DNA of 60,922 nucleotides from an uncultured Clostridia bacterium (lineage in GTDB: Bacteria > Bacillota > Clostridia > Christensenellales > UBA1242), in contig CANQNH010000001.1 in NCBI GenBank assembly GCA_947625165.1, positions 1 through 60,922 of the forward strand. Direction: 5' to 3'. Shown in pieces: positions 26,075 to 34,171 of the stretch. Every line of letters starts with the position of its first letter. The first letter of the stretch is position 1. A program made the translations under genes and the position numbers. Under the pieces are notes generated by a model. That model was not told the DNA's origin and did not search any database. It was given only the letters and a program-made list of their open reading frames with translations.

Positions 26075-26674
26075 TCAAATTTTCAAGAGTTTGAACAGTT
26101 TGGCTTTGTCCTTTTCTTCATAATAGCCGCCAACAACTTTCGCAACCTTGCCACCTCTGCATAAAAGCAAACTTGGCAACTCTTTCACTTTGTATTTTGC
26201 AATTTTATCGCTTTTTGTCACCAAACATCTGTAATACTTTTTGAAAGTTGAATTTTGCAAAATTTCTTGATATGGAATTGATTTCAAAAGGCACATAATG
26301 CTGTCTTCATCAAAAATTTCAACAAGGCAGTCTTCTTTGGCTATGATTTTTTCCAAATCTTTAAATTCAACCATAACATTTTCGTTGATTATATCGCCAC
26401 CAAATCTGTCAACAAACAAATCTTCTGGATTGCGTGGGTCATCGTCAATGGCTTGTTTCAGTTCTTCATATTCTTCTGGCGTTCTTGCAAGACCAATCGC
26501 ACCAATTGGGCAAGACCTGACACACGCACCACATCCAATACATTTTTCGTTGTCCACTTCAATTTTTTTTGTTTTTTCGTTGTAGGTGAAAGCACCAACA
26601 GGGCACACGCTTATTCCGCCGCACGCACTGGCTTGGTCGCATATTTTGTGATTTATTATAATTTTCATACGCAC
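26075..26674 (-). CDS. 2x[4Fe-4S] ferredoxin domain fused to a thioredoxin-like domain
   Basis: CDQASACGGISVCP and CIGCGACVRSCPIGAI are cluster motifs. The C-terminal half has a thioredoxin-like pattern without CxxC. Confidence 0.55.
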   Translation of the reverse strand: MRMKIIINHKICDQASACGGISVCPVGAFTYNEKTKKIEVDNEKCIGCGACVRSCPIGAIGLARTPEEYEELKQAIDDDPRNPEDLFVDRFGGDIINENVMVEFKDLEKIIAKEDCLVEIFDEDSIMCLLKSIPYQEILQNSTFKKYYRCLVTKSDKIAKYKVKELPSLLLCRGGKVAKVVGGYYEEKDKAKLFKLLKI

Positions 26675-26701
26675 TCTTTGCAGAGATTACGCATCAAACT
26701 T

Positions 26702-27154
26702 TCAGCCTTCAACAACCTCAATTTTTGTGATTTTTGCACGGATTATGGCTCGCACTTTCATATCTTCTGGCAGGCGCTCGGTTTCCTCAAAGAATTTTGC
26801 CTTTTCAAAGAGTTTGCCGGCCTTTTCAATTTTTGCAATCGCACAGATTTTATATTGCGTTGACCAGCCATAGTCCTTTTTGTTTTCTTTGACAAAATGC
26901 AAAAAAATGTTTTTGTTTTCTTGTATGTTTTTGAAACTTGTGCAAAGTTGGACAACAGGTATCACGATTTCATCTTCAAGGAAGAATGATGGCTCCACAA
27001 TTGAGCCTCTTGGCATCCCATCTTTGCTTGCAGAAATCAAAAGTCCGTGTCCGATTTTTTGAAGAGTTGAAATTTGCTCGCTTGAAAATTTGATTTTTTT
27101 CGCGCTATCTAAGCAATTCCCCCCCCCCTTGTTAAGATTTTTTAATTTTTCCAT
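26702..27154 (-). CDS. pyridoxamine 5'-phosphate oxidase-like FMN-binding split-barrel protein
   Basis: LLISASKDGMPRGSIVEP...IVIPVVQL has the typical PNPOx-like layout. The CDS contains a 10-nt homopolymer encoding GGG. Confidence 0.45.
   Translation of the reverse strand: MEKLKNLNKGGGNCLDSAKKIKFSSEQISTLQKIGHGLLISASKDGMPRGSIVEPSFFLEDEIVIPVVQLCTSFKNIQENKNIFLHFVKENKKDYGWSTQYKICAIAKIEKAGKLFEKAKFFEETERLPEDMKVRAIIRAKITKIEVVEG
27119..27128 (-). repeat. C10 (G10 on the coding strand) homopolymer inside a CDS
   Basis: Ten consecutive C. On the minus strand this reads AAG GGG GGG GGG = K G G G. Confidence 0.9.
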
Positions 27155-27155
27155 A

Positions 27156-28298
27156 TTATTTCCCTCCTTTTATTATGGAATTTAACGAATTTATGAAATA
27201 GTCTATTGCAGAGTTTGTCGTGTTTTCATCTATGCTGATGCGAATTGTATTTTGTGGATTTTTTATTCCCATACTTGTCAAAACATAACTTGGCTCGCTG
27301 CTTTCACTGTTGCAAGCAGACCCAGTGGAAACACAAATTCCATTTTTTTCCAACTCAAACATCATCTGATTGCCGCTGTGTTTTTCAAAAGTTATGCTGG
27401 TGGTGTTTGGAATTCTTGTGACGCTTTGGCAGTTGATTGTCAGCCCGTCAATTTTTTGCAGTTCGTTTTCCAGATAGTTATGAACTTCCACAAGTTTGGA
27501 AATTGTTTGACTTGAATTTTCTTTGATGTGGGAGCAGGCTTGCCCAAGTGCAACAATTCCAACAACATTTTCCGTTCCTCCGCGCAAACCAAATTCCTGA
27601 TGCCCGGCAATGAGCGGGGTGAAGGCTTTTGTGTTTTTGACGAAAAGTGCACCAATGCCTTTTGGACAATGGATTTTGTGCCCAGAGAATGAAGCAAAAT
27701 CAGCACTCAACTTTTTCAAATCAATATTTGTCTTGCCAAGACCTTGCACGCAGTCGATGTGAAACAAAAAGTTGTGTTTTTTCTTCAATTTATTGATTGT
27801 TTTCACAACATTTTCATCAACAAGAATTGTGCCAACTTCGTTGTTGGCAAACTGAATTGAAACCAAACAAGTGTTGTCGTCAATTTCTTTTTCCAACTGC
27901 TTTGTGTCAATTTTGCAATTTTTGTCAACATCAAGATAAACAACCTCGCAGCCGCGCTTTTCAAGAAGTTTGCAATATTCCAAAATGGAACTGTGCTCAA
28001 CTTTGGTTGTGACAAATTTTTTCTTGTTTGGAAATTGATTTATTGCAGAATTGAAGGCTGCACAATTGCTTTCAGAGCCGCCGCTTGTGAAGATGATGTT
28101 TTTGCTGTCGCAATTGACGAGGCTTGCAAAACTTTCTCTTGCAACGCTGATTGCTTCTTTCACTTTTTTGCCGATGGCATACAACGAACTTGGATTTCCA
28201 AACTGCAAGTCCAAATATGGCTTTATTTTTTCTTGCACCTCAGCGGACATCTTTGTGGTTGCGTTGTTGTCAAGATAAACAAATCTGTTCATTTGCAT
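27156..28298 (-). CDS. nifS: cysteine desulfurase (NifS/IscS class V aminotransferase)
   Basis: YLDNNATT N-terminus, the SFSGHKIHCPKGIGALFV PLP-lysine motif, and the STGSACNS active-site Cys loop. Confidence 0.9.
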   Translation of the reverse strand: MQMNRFVYLDNNATTKMSAEVQEKIKPYLDLQFGNPSSLYAIGKKVKEAISVARESFASLVNCDSKNIIFTSGGSESNCAAFNSAINQFPNKKKFVTTKVEHSSILEYCKLLEKRGCEVVYLDVDKNCKIDTKQLEKEIDDNTCLVSIQFANNEVGTILVDENVVKTINKLKKKHNFLFHIDCVQGLGKTNIDLKKLSADFASFSGHKIHCPKGIGALFVKNTKAFTPLIAGHQEFGLRGGTENVVGIVALGQACSHIKENSSQTISKLVEVHNYLENELQKIDGLTINCQSVTRIPNTTSITFEKHSGNQMMFELEKNGICVSTGSACNSESSEPSYVLTSMGIKNPQNTIRISIDENTTNSAIDYFINSLNSIIKGGK

Positions 28299-28386
28299 TT
28301 CCTTTCAATGATATTATAACATAAAGCACTTGATAAAGCATAATGAAAATCTTCAAAATGGATTATAGCAAAAATCTTATAAAAAG

Positions 28387-28449
28387 TCAAAACAAAAAAC
28401 ACATCAAAAATCTTGATGCGCTTTTAATTTGTGGCGGAAGGGGTGTGGG
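28387..28449. repeat. direct repeat R1 (terminator hairpin plus degenerate tRNA-3'-end-like TGGCGG.. block)
   Basis: TCAAAACAAAAAACACATCAAAAATCTTGATGCGCTTTTAATTTGTGGCGGAAGGGGTGTGGG is about 90% identical to R2 at 29353-29415. Confidence 0.8.
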
Positions 28450-28463
28450 CGAAGGGTTGCGGG

Positions 28464-29300
28464 TTATTTGCCGCTTTTTCTTGCAAGTTCCAACATTTCG
28501 GCGAGTTTTTCTGCACGCTTTTTTGCCTCTTTGAGAAAATCCAAGTTTGCCATTTTTTCATAAAGTCTTGGCTCTCCACAACTGTCTTTGTGCAGTTCAA
28601 GCATAACCACATTTTTGTATGGCGTTTTGGCAAGATTTTTGATGATTTTGTCGTAGTCAATCTTCCCGTCAAACGGAAGTCTGTGCAAATCTCTTGTCCA
28701 ATCATATCCAAATGTCCAATCCATCAGATTGTCGTGAAGGTGTATCGCCAAAATGCGATTGCCATATCTTTGCAGCAGGTCAATTTTTGGGATGTATAAT
28801 TGGTGATGCCCTGCATCATAACAAAACCCCAAATTTTTGTCGTCAATGTTGTCCATAACATATTTGAAATGCTTAAATGATGGCTGGTCCAAATTTTCAA
28901 GAGCAATTTTCACTTTGTGTTTTTTTGCAAAAGCAACAAGTTCTGAAACGCAGTTCAACCCAAATTCATTTGGTGGCAGGGCAAGTTCATCCGCACCGCC
29001 GCTGGTTGCGTGCAAAACAGCAATCGGAACTTTATATTTTGCGGTAAGTTCAATTTGTTCCTTCAAATTTGCCATAAGAGATTTGTTTTCTTCACCTTTT
29101 GACCACAAATTGTTTGAATTTGTCAGATGAACATATGGCACTTTCAGTCCAAGTTCTGTTGCAATTTTCAATGTTTCCTCTGCCTTGCCAACTTTGAAAG
29201 CCACCATAACATTCTCAAAACCTGCTTTTTTGATGTTTGTCAAAACTTCTTTTGCGTCTTTTCCACACTCATTGTTTGTGTTAACTCCAATTTCCAACAT
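28464..29300 (-). CDS. sugar phosphate isomerase/epimerase (xylose-isomerase-like TIM barrel)
   Basis: MLEIGVNT start after AAGGAG. The family-typical metal ligands are KIALENL, CYDAGHH and AIHLHDN. Confidence 0.7.
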   Translation of the reverse strand: MLEIGVNTNNECGKDAKEVLTNIKKAGFENVMVAFKVGKAEETLKIATELGLKVPYVHLTNSNNLWSKGEENKSLMANLKEQIELTAKYKVPIAVLHATSGGADELALPPNEFGLNCVSELVAFAKKHKVKIALENLDQPSFKHFKYVMDNIDDKNLGFCYDAGHHQLYIPKIDLLQRYGNRILAIHLHDNLMDWTFGYDWTRDLHRLPFDGKIDYDKIIKNLAKTPYKNVVMLELHKDSCGEPRLYEKMANLDFLKEAKKRAEKLAEMLELARKSGK

Positions 29301-29352
29301 TTTCAAAACTCCTTTGTTTTTCCAATATATTATATCAAAAGTTGTTGGCAAA

Positions 29353-29415
29353 TCAAAACAAAAAACGCATCAAAAATCTTGATGTGCTTTTAATTTGTGG
29401 CGGGAAGAGTGGGGG
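29353..29415. repeat. direct repeat R2
   Basis: TCAAAACAAAAAACGCATCAAAAATCTTGATGTGCTTTTAATTTGTGGCGGGAAGAGTGGGGG. The TGGCGGGAAGAGTG part aligns, with two 1-nt indels, to the tRNA-Ser(GCU) 3' end TGGCGGAGAGTG. Confidence 0.8.
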
Positions 29416-29431
29416 TTGCATAAGAACTTAC

Positions 29432-29478
29432 AACAAAAAACTGATAAGATGTTCTTATCATTTGCACTTGGCGGAGAG
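29432..29478. repeat. direct repeat R3 (copy of the last 12 nt of tRNA-Ser(GCU) plus its terminator)
   Basis: AACAAAAAACTGATAAGATGTTCTTATCATTTGCACTTGGCGGAGAG differs at 3 of 47 positions from R4 at 30319-30365. Confidence 0.85.
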
Positions 29479-29603
29479 CTAGGTTGTCATACGTACTAAA
29501 ATTATGCCATCAAAGTATAAATTTACTATATTGCACCAATTCCAACTTTCGCTTTTTGCAAAACACCAGCCAAATTGGCTGGTGTTTATTTTTAAAGTTT
29601 CGT

Positions 29604-30179
29604 CTATCTCTCATGCTCTATCGGAGCTCCTTCCCTGTAATGTGCTTCCGATGGAATTTGCCCCGGCAAAAATTTTTGTGTGTCCAAAAGGCTGTAATAG
29701 TTCGACTTCTTCATTGCAGCACAAACTTCCTCCGGCGTCATTATGTTTTGCACAGTTCCATCACTATCTGTCATCATATCAATAAGTAATGATTCAGTTG
29801 GCATGGCTTGAAATATGATGTCGGTTTTTTGTGGATACATTAAAAATCCAATTTCAAACATGACACTTTTCCCAATATATCCATCTCTGTTGCAGACATA
29901 TACGACATCACAATTCAAAAGAGCTGACAAATAAGAATGTTCCAAATCCCTAGGGCGCTTCTCTGCGTCTTTTTCGAGCACTAAAAATCCCTGAATGCTT
30001 CTTTCATCGGATATCTCTGTGTCAATTGGCACTAAAACTTTAAAACCATTTTGTTCAAAAACTCTTTTAGCTCTGGCTATATCTTGCATATGCTTGCCAA
30101 ATGAACCGATTATGCCGACATTTTTGTAACATCGGTGAAATCCATCACCATCATATTTAATTTCTTCAGCTTTTCTCAT
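29604..30179 (-). CDS. nucleoside 2-deoxyribosyltransferase-like (NDT-fold) protein
   Basis: VGIIGSFGKHMQDIARAKRVFEQNGFKVLVP...LNCDVVYVCNRDGYIGKSVMFEIGFLMY has the same architecture as the 8343-8747 product. ATG 30179 lies 6 nt after TTGTAA-17-TGcTATAAT, read on the minus strand. Confidence 0.5.
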   Translation of the reverse strand: MRKAEEIKYDGDGFHRCYKNVGIIGSFGKHMQDIARAKRVFEQNGFKVLVPIDTEISDERSIQGFLVLEKDAEKRPRDLEHSYLSALLNCDVVYVCNRDGYIGKSVMFEIGFLMYPQKTDIIFQAMPTESLLIDMMTDSDGTVQNIMTPEEVCAAMKKSNYYSLLDTQKFLPGQIPSEAHYREGAPIEHER

Positions 30180-30318
30180 ATCACCATTATAGCATAAAAT
30201 AAAATTTTTTACAAGGTTTTTTAAAAATTTAATGCAAACAAAAAGTCGCTCGTGCTGTGATGCCGAATGACTTGCCTTTGACGGAGAAAGTTTTTCCATA
30301 AAAACTTTCAAAGAGTTA

Positions 30319-30365
30319 AACAAAAAACTGATAAGGTGTTCTTATCAGTTTCACTTGGCGGAGAG
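30319..30365. repeat. direct repeat R4 (authentic tRNA-Ser 3' end plus terminator)
   Basis: AACAAAAAACTGATAAGGTGTTCTTATCAGTTTCACTTGGCGGAGAG overlaps the tRNA 3' end at 30356-30365. Confidence 0.85.
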
Positions 30366-30446
30366 TGAGAGATTCGAACTCTCGCGGCCTGTTACAACCC
30401 TACTCCCTTAGCAGGGGAGCCTCTTCGACCTCTTGAGTAACTCTCC
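30356..30446 (-). tRNA. tRNA-Ser (anticodon GCU)
   Basis: Minus-strand read GGAGAGT..CTCCC-CTGCTAA-GGGAG..long variable arm..GAGAG-TTCGAAT-CTCTC-ACTCTCC-G-CCA. The acceptor and T-arm pair perfectly and CCA is encoded. Confidence 0.9.
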
Positions 30447-30790
30447 AATTTTGCAACTTGTTTTTTTACTTTTCACAAGGCGGCTCGTTTGCCACCAATG
30501 CTTTCAATTTCGTTGCCAAATCATCTTATCACAAAAATGCTTTTTCTGTCAATGGTTTTTGGAATTTTGTTGCTTTTATGCCCAAATTTCAGTTTTCGCT
30601 CCTTAAAAACTCAAAAACTTTTCTCGTTTTTGCACTTGGGCGGACATAAAAGCTTTTGTTGTCACTGCATTTATGGGGAGGGGAAAACTCAACATTCTCT
30701 GTGCAAGTGGTGTTTGCATTTCTTTTAAGAATGTTTGTTTTGTGTGCGAAACAGTTGCGTTTCTTGGCGCATAAATGTTATAATTCAAAT

Positions 30791-31585
30791 ATGGATACGC
30801 CAGAAAATCAAGCAGTTTCAAGCGAGCAGCAGTCGCAATCGGGCGGGGGTGACATTCTCCTGCAAAGTTCTTCAATGAATTTTAAGTTGGACAATTTTGA
30901 AGGCCCGCTTGACCTTTTGCTGCACCTTATTAAAGAGGCAAAACTTGACATCTCTGAGGTGTCGCTTGCACAGATAACGGGGCAATATCTTGAATATATG
31001 CAGGACATCAAAAGTGTTGATATGGACAGCGCAAGCGAGTTTATCACTGTGGCGGCAATCCTTCTGGAAATGAAATCCAAAAACCTTCTGCCTGTTGAAA
31101 AAGAGCAAGAGCCTGATGAGGAAGATGACGGCGCGATGCTCATCCGCAGATTGAAGGAATATGAACTTTTCAAAGAGGTCGGCAAGAGCCTGAAAGAAAT
31201 TGAGGACATTGGAAAACTTTATCGCGCTCCGGGCAAAGAAACGGAAAAGGTTAAAATCATAATGAAAGATATGGTGCTTGACCAACTTCTTGACGCTTTT
31301 GCAAAGCTTATGACGCGTGAGGAACTGAAAAAAGCCGTTCAAAACGAGCAGCCAAAGAAGATTGTCAAGGACAGGTTCACGGTTGCGGAGAAAATCATTT
31401 CAATTCGAAACTTTGCAAAAGAGAGAAAGCGCTTTGAGTTTGAAGAACTTTTTGATGACCAAATGACGAAAAGTGAACTTATCAACACTTTCTTGGCGCT
31501 TTTGGAACTTTTGAAACTGCAAACTGTGAAGGTCATCCAAAACGGAGTTTTTGGAAACATTGTGATAACGGCAAACGAGGTGTGA
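30791..31585 (+). CDS. scpA: segregation and condensation protein A
   Basis: FKLDNFEGPLDLLLHLIKEAKLDISEVSLAQITGQYLEYM is the ScpA signature. ATG 30791 lies 6 nt after TGtTATAAT. The track ORF start at 30656 is probably too long. Confidence 0.85.
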   Translation: MDTPENQAVSSEQQSQSGGGDILLQSSSMNFKLDNFEGPLDLLLHLIKEAKLDISEVSLAQITGQYLEYMQDIKSVDMDSASEFITVAAILLEMKSKNLLPVEKEQEPDEEDDGAMLIRRLKEYELFKEVGKSLKEIEDIGKLYRAPGKETEKVKIIMKDMVLDQLLDAFAKLMTREELKKAVQNEQPKKIVKDRFTVAEKIISIRNFAKERKRFEFEELFDDQMTKSELINTFLALLELLKLQTVKVIQNGVFGNIVITANEV

Positions 31586-31586
31586 A

Positions 31587-32243
31587 ATGGAAAAGGAATT
31601 CAAAAAAAACTTGAAAGACATTGTTTTGTCAGTGCTTTTTGTTGCAGGTGAGGGCATTGAAAAATCTTTTATTGCTGAAAAACTTGACATCACGGAAAAA
31701 GAACTTGACAAGGTGTTGGACGAACTTAAAGCCGAGTTCTGTGACGAAAAGGGCATTCATTTGATATTTTTCAAAAACAAGGTGCAACTTGCGTCAAATC
31801 CTCAATATGCTGACCTTATTTCCGGCGTTTTGAACCCTATTCGAGAAAAGTCCTTGACAAGAGCGGCCTTGGAGACATTGGCAATCATCGCTTACAAGCA
31901 GCCAATCACAAAACTTGAAATTGAGGACATCCGTCAGGTTGGGTGCGACTATGCCATTCAGGTGCTTTCCGACCAAAATATGATTGAAGTTGTTGGGCGA
32001 AAAGATGCGGTTGGCAAGCCACTTCTTTTTGGCACAACCGAAACATTTTTGAAGCGTTTCAATTTGACCGATTTGGCGCAACTGCCTGACTATGACGGTC
32101 TTTTGGAGAGAATTAAGGTGATTGAAACGGGCGAAGAGGAAAAGAGTGACAGCCTTTACAACGAATTTAAACTTCCAGAAGAGGAGGAAATTCCTGGCTT
32201 TTTGAAGGATGAACCAGATGTTCAAACTGTGACGGGAGCATAA
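31587..32243 (+). CDS. scpB: segregation and condensation protein B
   Basis: LSVLFVAGEGI...LTRAALETLAIIAYKQPITKLEIEDIRQV... is the ScpB double winged-helix pattern. It sits directly after scpA. Confidence 0.85.
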   Translation: MEKEFKKNLKDIVLSVLFVAGEGIEKSFIAEKLDITEKELDKVLDELKAEFCDEKGIHLIFFKNKVQLASNPQYADLISGVLNPIREKSLTRAALETLAIIAYKQPITKLEIEDIRQVGCDYAIQVLSDQNMIEVVGRKDAVGKPLLFGTTETFLKRFNLTDLAQLPDYDGLLERIKVIETGEEEKSDSLYNEFKLPEEEEIPGFLKDEPDVQTVTGA

Positions 32244-32292
32244 AAGTTTGTGAAAATTTGGCGGTCTTTTTGACAAGTTTTTATCAACATAA

Positions 32293-32328
32293 AGAGCCTT
32301 TGTTGTGGCTCTTTTTTCTTTTTTTTTC
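32293..32328 (+). terminator. rho-independent terminator after scpB
   Basis: AGAGCC-TTTGTTGT-GGCTCT followed by TTTTTCTTTTTTTTT. Confidence 0.65.
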
Positions 32329-32458
32329 ATATATTTTTTCTATTTGTTTTTTAATGTTTTTCGCACTTTTCTGATAGAAGTGGACTTTGTGAATTTTTGC
32401 CTGCCAAATGCGTCAAAAATTGGCAATTTTCAGGTGAGAAAAACATAAAATAGGGCAT

Positions 32459-32608
32459 ATGGACAAGCAAAAATCATATGGAAAAAACTATCAGCAGAAA
32501 AAACTGAAACACAGGCTGTCTCCAAAATTTGTCATTTTCACCTTTCTGTGCTGCTGCTGTGCTGTTGCGGTTTTTGTGCTTTTCGCCGAGTTTTTGTTTG
32601 ACATTTAA
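32459..32608 (+). CDS. possible 49-aa tail-anchored membrane peptide
   Basis: MDKQKSYGKNYQQKKLKHRLSPKFVIFTFLCCCCAVAVFVLFAEFLFDI has a basic N-terminus plus one TM helix. It is below the track length cut-off, the RBS is weak, and a minus-strand ORF (32474-32716) competes with it. Confidence 0.3.
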   Translation: MDKQKSYGKNYQQKKLKHRLSPKFVIFTFLCCCCAVAVFVLFAEFLFDI

Positions 32609-32717
32609 GTTTTTTGGGGCAAAATCCAATTTTGATTGATGATTTTCTGAGTTTTCATAAGAGCGATTTGAGTTTTCGGTTTTAATGGTGGCTGATTTGA
32701 CAATATGATTTGACATC

Positions 32718-33578
32718 TTGATTTGTGAGGGGAATTTGAAATTTTTTCAAAACAAAAAATTTGCCATTCATCCTGTTGGCATCTTGATTTGGTTGTGGCT
32801 TTTGCTTGTGCTTGGCATTTTTGACGCTGTGTCATATCTTCTTGCCATCGTCATTCACGAGGCGGGGCATTTTTTGGTGGCAAAAAAGTTGGGTTATCGC
32901 TTGTCCACTTTTTCAATTTCACCATATGGTGTTGCGTTGTCATATTTTGGACAAAATTTTGACCAAAAAGACGAAATCAAAATCGCGCTTGCAGGTCCAA
33001 TTTTCAATCTTGTTTCCGCCTTTTTTGTGGTGGGAATATGGTGGATTTTCCCGTCTGCCTTTATGTTTTCCGATGTGTTTGTGAAAATCAGTGTCTGTTT
33101 GGCACTGGTCAATCTTCTTCCTGCCTATCCTCTTGATGGTGGCCGCGTTTTTGTGTCGGCGTCATCTCAGATTTTTGGAAAAGAAACAGCAAAAAAAATC
33201 GCTCTGATTTTCAATTTTGTTTTGACAATTTTTTTCTTTGTGCTGTTTGTGGCATTTTGCTTCATAAATTTCAATCCGACCTATTTTCTGTTTGCTTTCT
33301 TTCTTGGGCTTGGAATGTTGGACTTGAAGTTTGTTTCAAAATACGAAAAAATCAACATCTTTCAAAAACGATTGAAAAATTTTGTCAAACCGCAAATTTT
33401 CTGCGTCAATTCAACCGTCACACTGAAAGATTTGCTTGCAAAAATGCAAACTGACAAAACAGTGCTGTTTTGCGTTTGTTTTGACAGCGGAAAAGTTGTC
33501 AATCTCAGCGAGAAAATGGTGATCAAACTTTGTTTGAATTTTCCATATGAAACCACACTTGAAACAATCTTCAAGTGA
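32718..33578 (+). CDS. M50 site-2 metalloprotease, SpoIVFB-like
   Basis: HEAGHFLVAKKLG is HExxH and NLLPAYPLDGGRV is the NxxPxxxLDG motif. It is multi-TM with a CBS-like C-terminus, and at 286 aa is similar in size to SpoIVFB. The exact start is uncertain. Confidence 0.6.
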   Translation: MICEGNLKFFQNKKFAIHPVGILIWLWLLLVLGIFDAVSYLLAIVIHEAGHFLVAKKLGYRLSTFSISPYGVALSYFGQNFDQKDEIKIALAGPIFNLVSAFFVVGIWWIFPSAFMFSDVFVKISVCLALVNLLPAYPLDGGRVFVSASSQIFGKETAKKIALIFNFVLTIFFFVLFVAFCFINFNPTYFLFAFFLGLGMLDLKFVSKYEKINIFQKRLKNFVKPQIFCVNSTVTLKDLLAKMQTDKTVLFCVCFDSGKVVNLSEKMVIKLCLNFPYETTLETIFK

Positions 33579-33590
33579 GTTCTCTTTTTC

Positions 33591-34040
33591 TTAGTTTTGT
33601 GTCAAAAATGGAAGAAGGCGGTCGATGTTTTTTCGCTCAAACTGATAGAGTTTTTCCGCGATTTCATCAAGTTCTGCCGAAACATTTTTGTGGTCATCTT
33701 TGTCTTTGATGAGGGTGATTATGCCCATAAATGTGCCCATAAGCATCATTTCTGCGATGTTTCTGCTGGATTTGTCCATCATCGTGCCCATATTGATTGC
33801 ACTCCAAAGTTTTGCCTTCTCAATCCAGTTGTTGTCCTTTATGTCCTCAATTTTCTCCGCTTTCGCAAAATTTTCACACTCTTTTGAAAGGCAGTTGTAT
33901 TCGTCCTCTTCGCGTGAGAGTTCCTCCACAAAATCGCCATCCGACACCTTTGGCAAAATGTCCTCAATGGACTGAATTGCTGTGCGCGTGTTCTGATAGA
34001 TTGCGTTCAAATATTTTTCAAGGTTTTCTTTCTCTTCCAT
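33591..34040 (-). CDS. hypothetical helical-bundle protein
   Basis: 149 aa, all-helical pattern, no motif recognised. Confidence 0.5.
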   Translation of the reverse strand: MEEKENLEKYLNAIYQNTRTAIQSIEDILPKVSDGDFVEELSREEDEYNCLSKECENFAKAEKIEDIKDNNWIEKAKLWSAINMGTMMDKSSRNIAEMMLMGTFMGIITLIKDKDDHKNVSAELDEIAEKLYQFERKNIDRLLPFLTQN

Positions 34041-34171
34041 ATCTCTCCTTTTTGTCTTGTGCTTATTGTGGGCAGTTTTTCGACAAAATATTCAAAAATT
34101 TTCCACTTTTTGACCATTCTTTCAAGAAAAATTTTCTGCTTTTGCATACAAATTTGAAACTTTCTCAAAAT

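Noticed and set aside
32474-32716. 80-aa minus-strand ORF in the scpB-M50 gap
   Set aside because: It has no RBS and is low-complexity (NSNRSYENSENHQ). It competes with a more protein-like plus-strand small ORF. Neither is certain.
33797-34171. N-terminal 125-aa extension of the cyclase ORF
   Set aside because: It overlaps the divergent 33591-34040 gene and is Pro/Ser/Cys-rich junk. ATG 34172 precedes the first TM helix.
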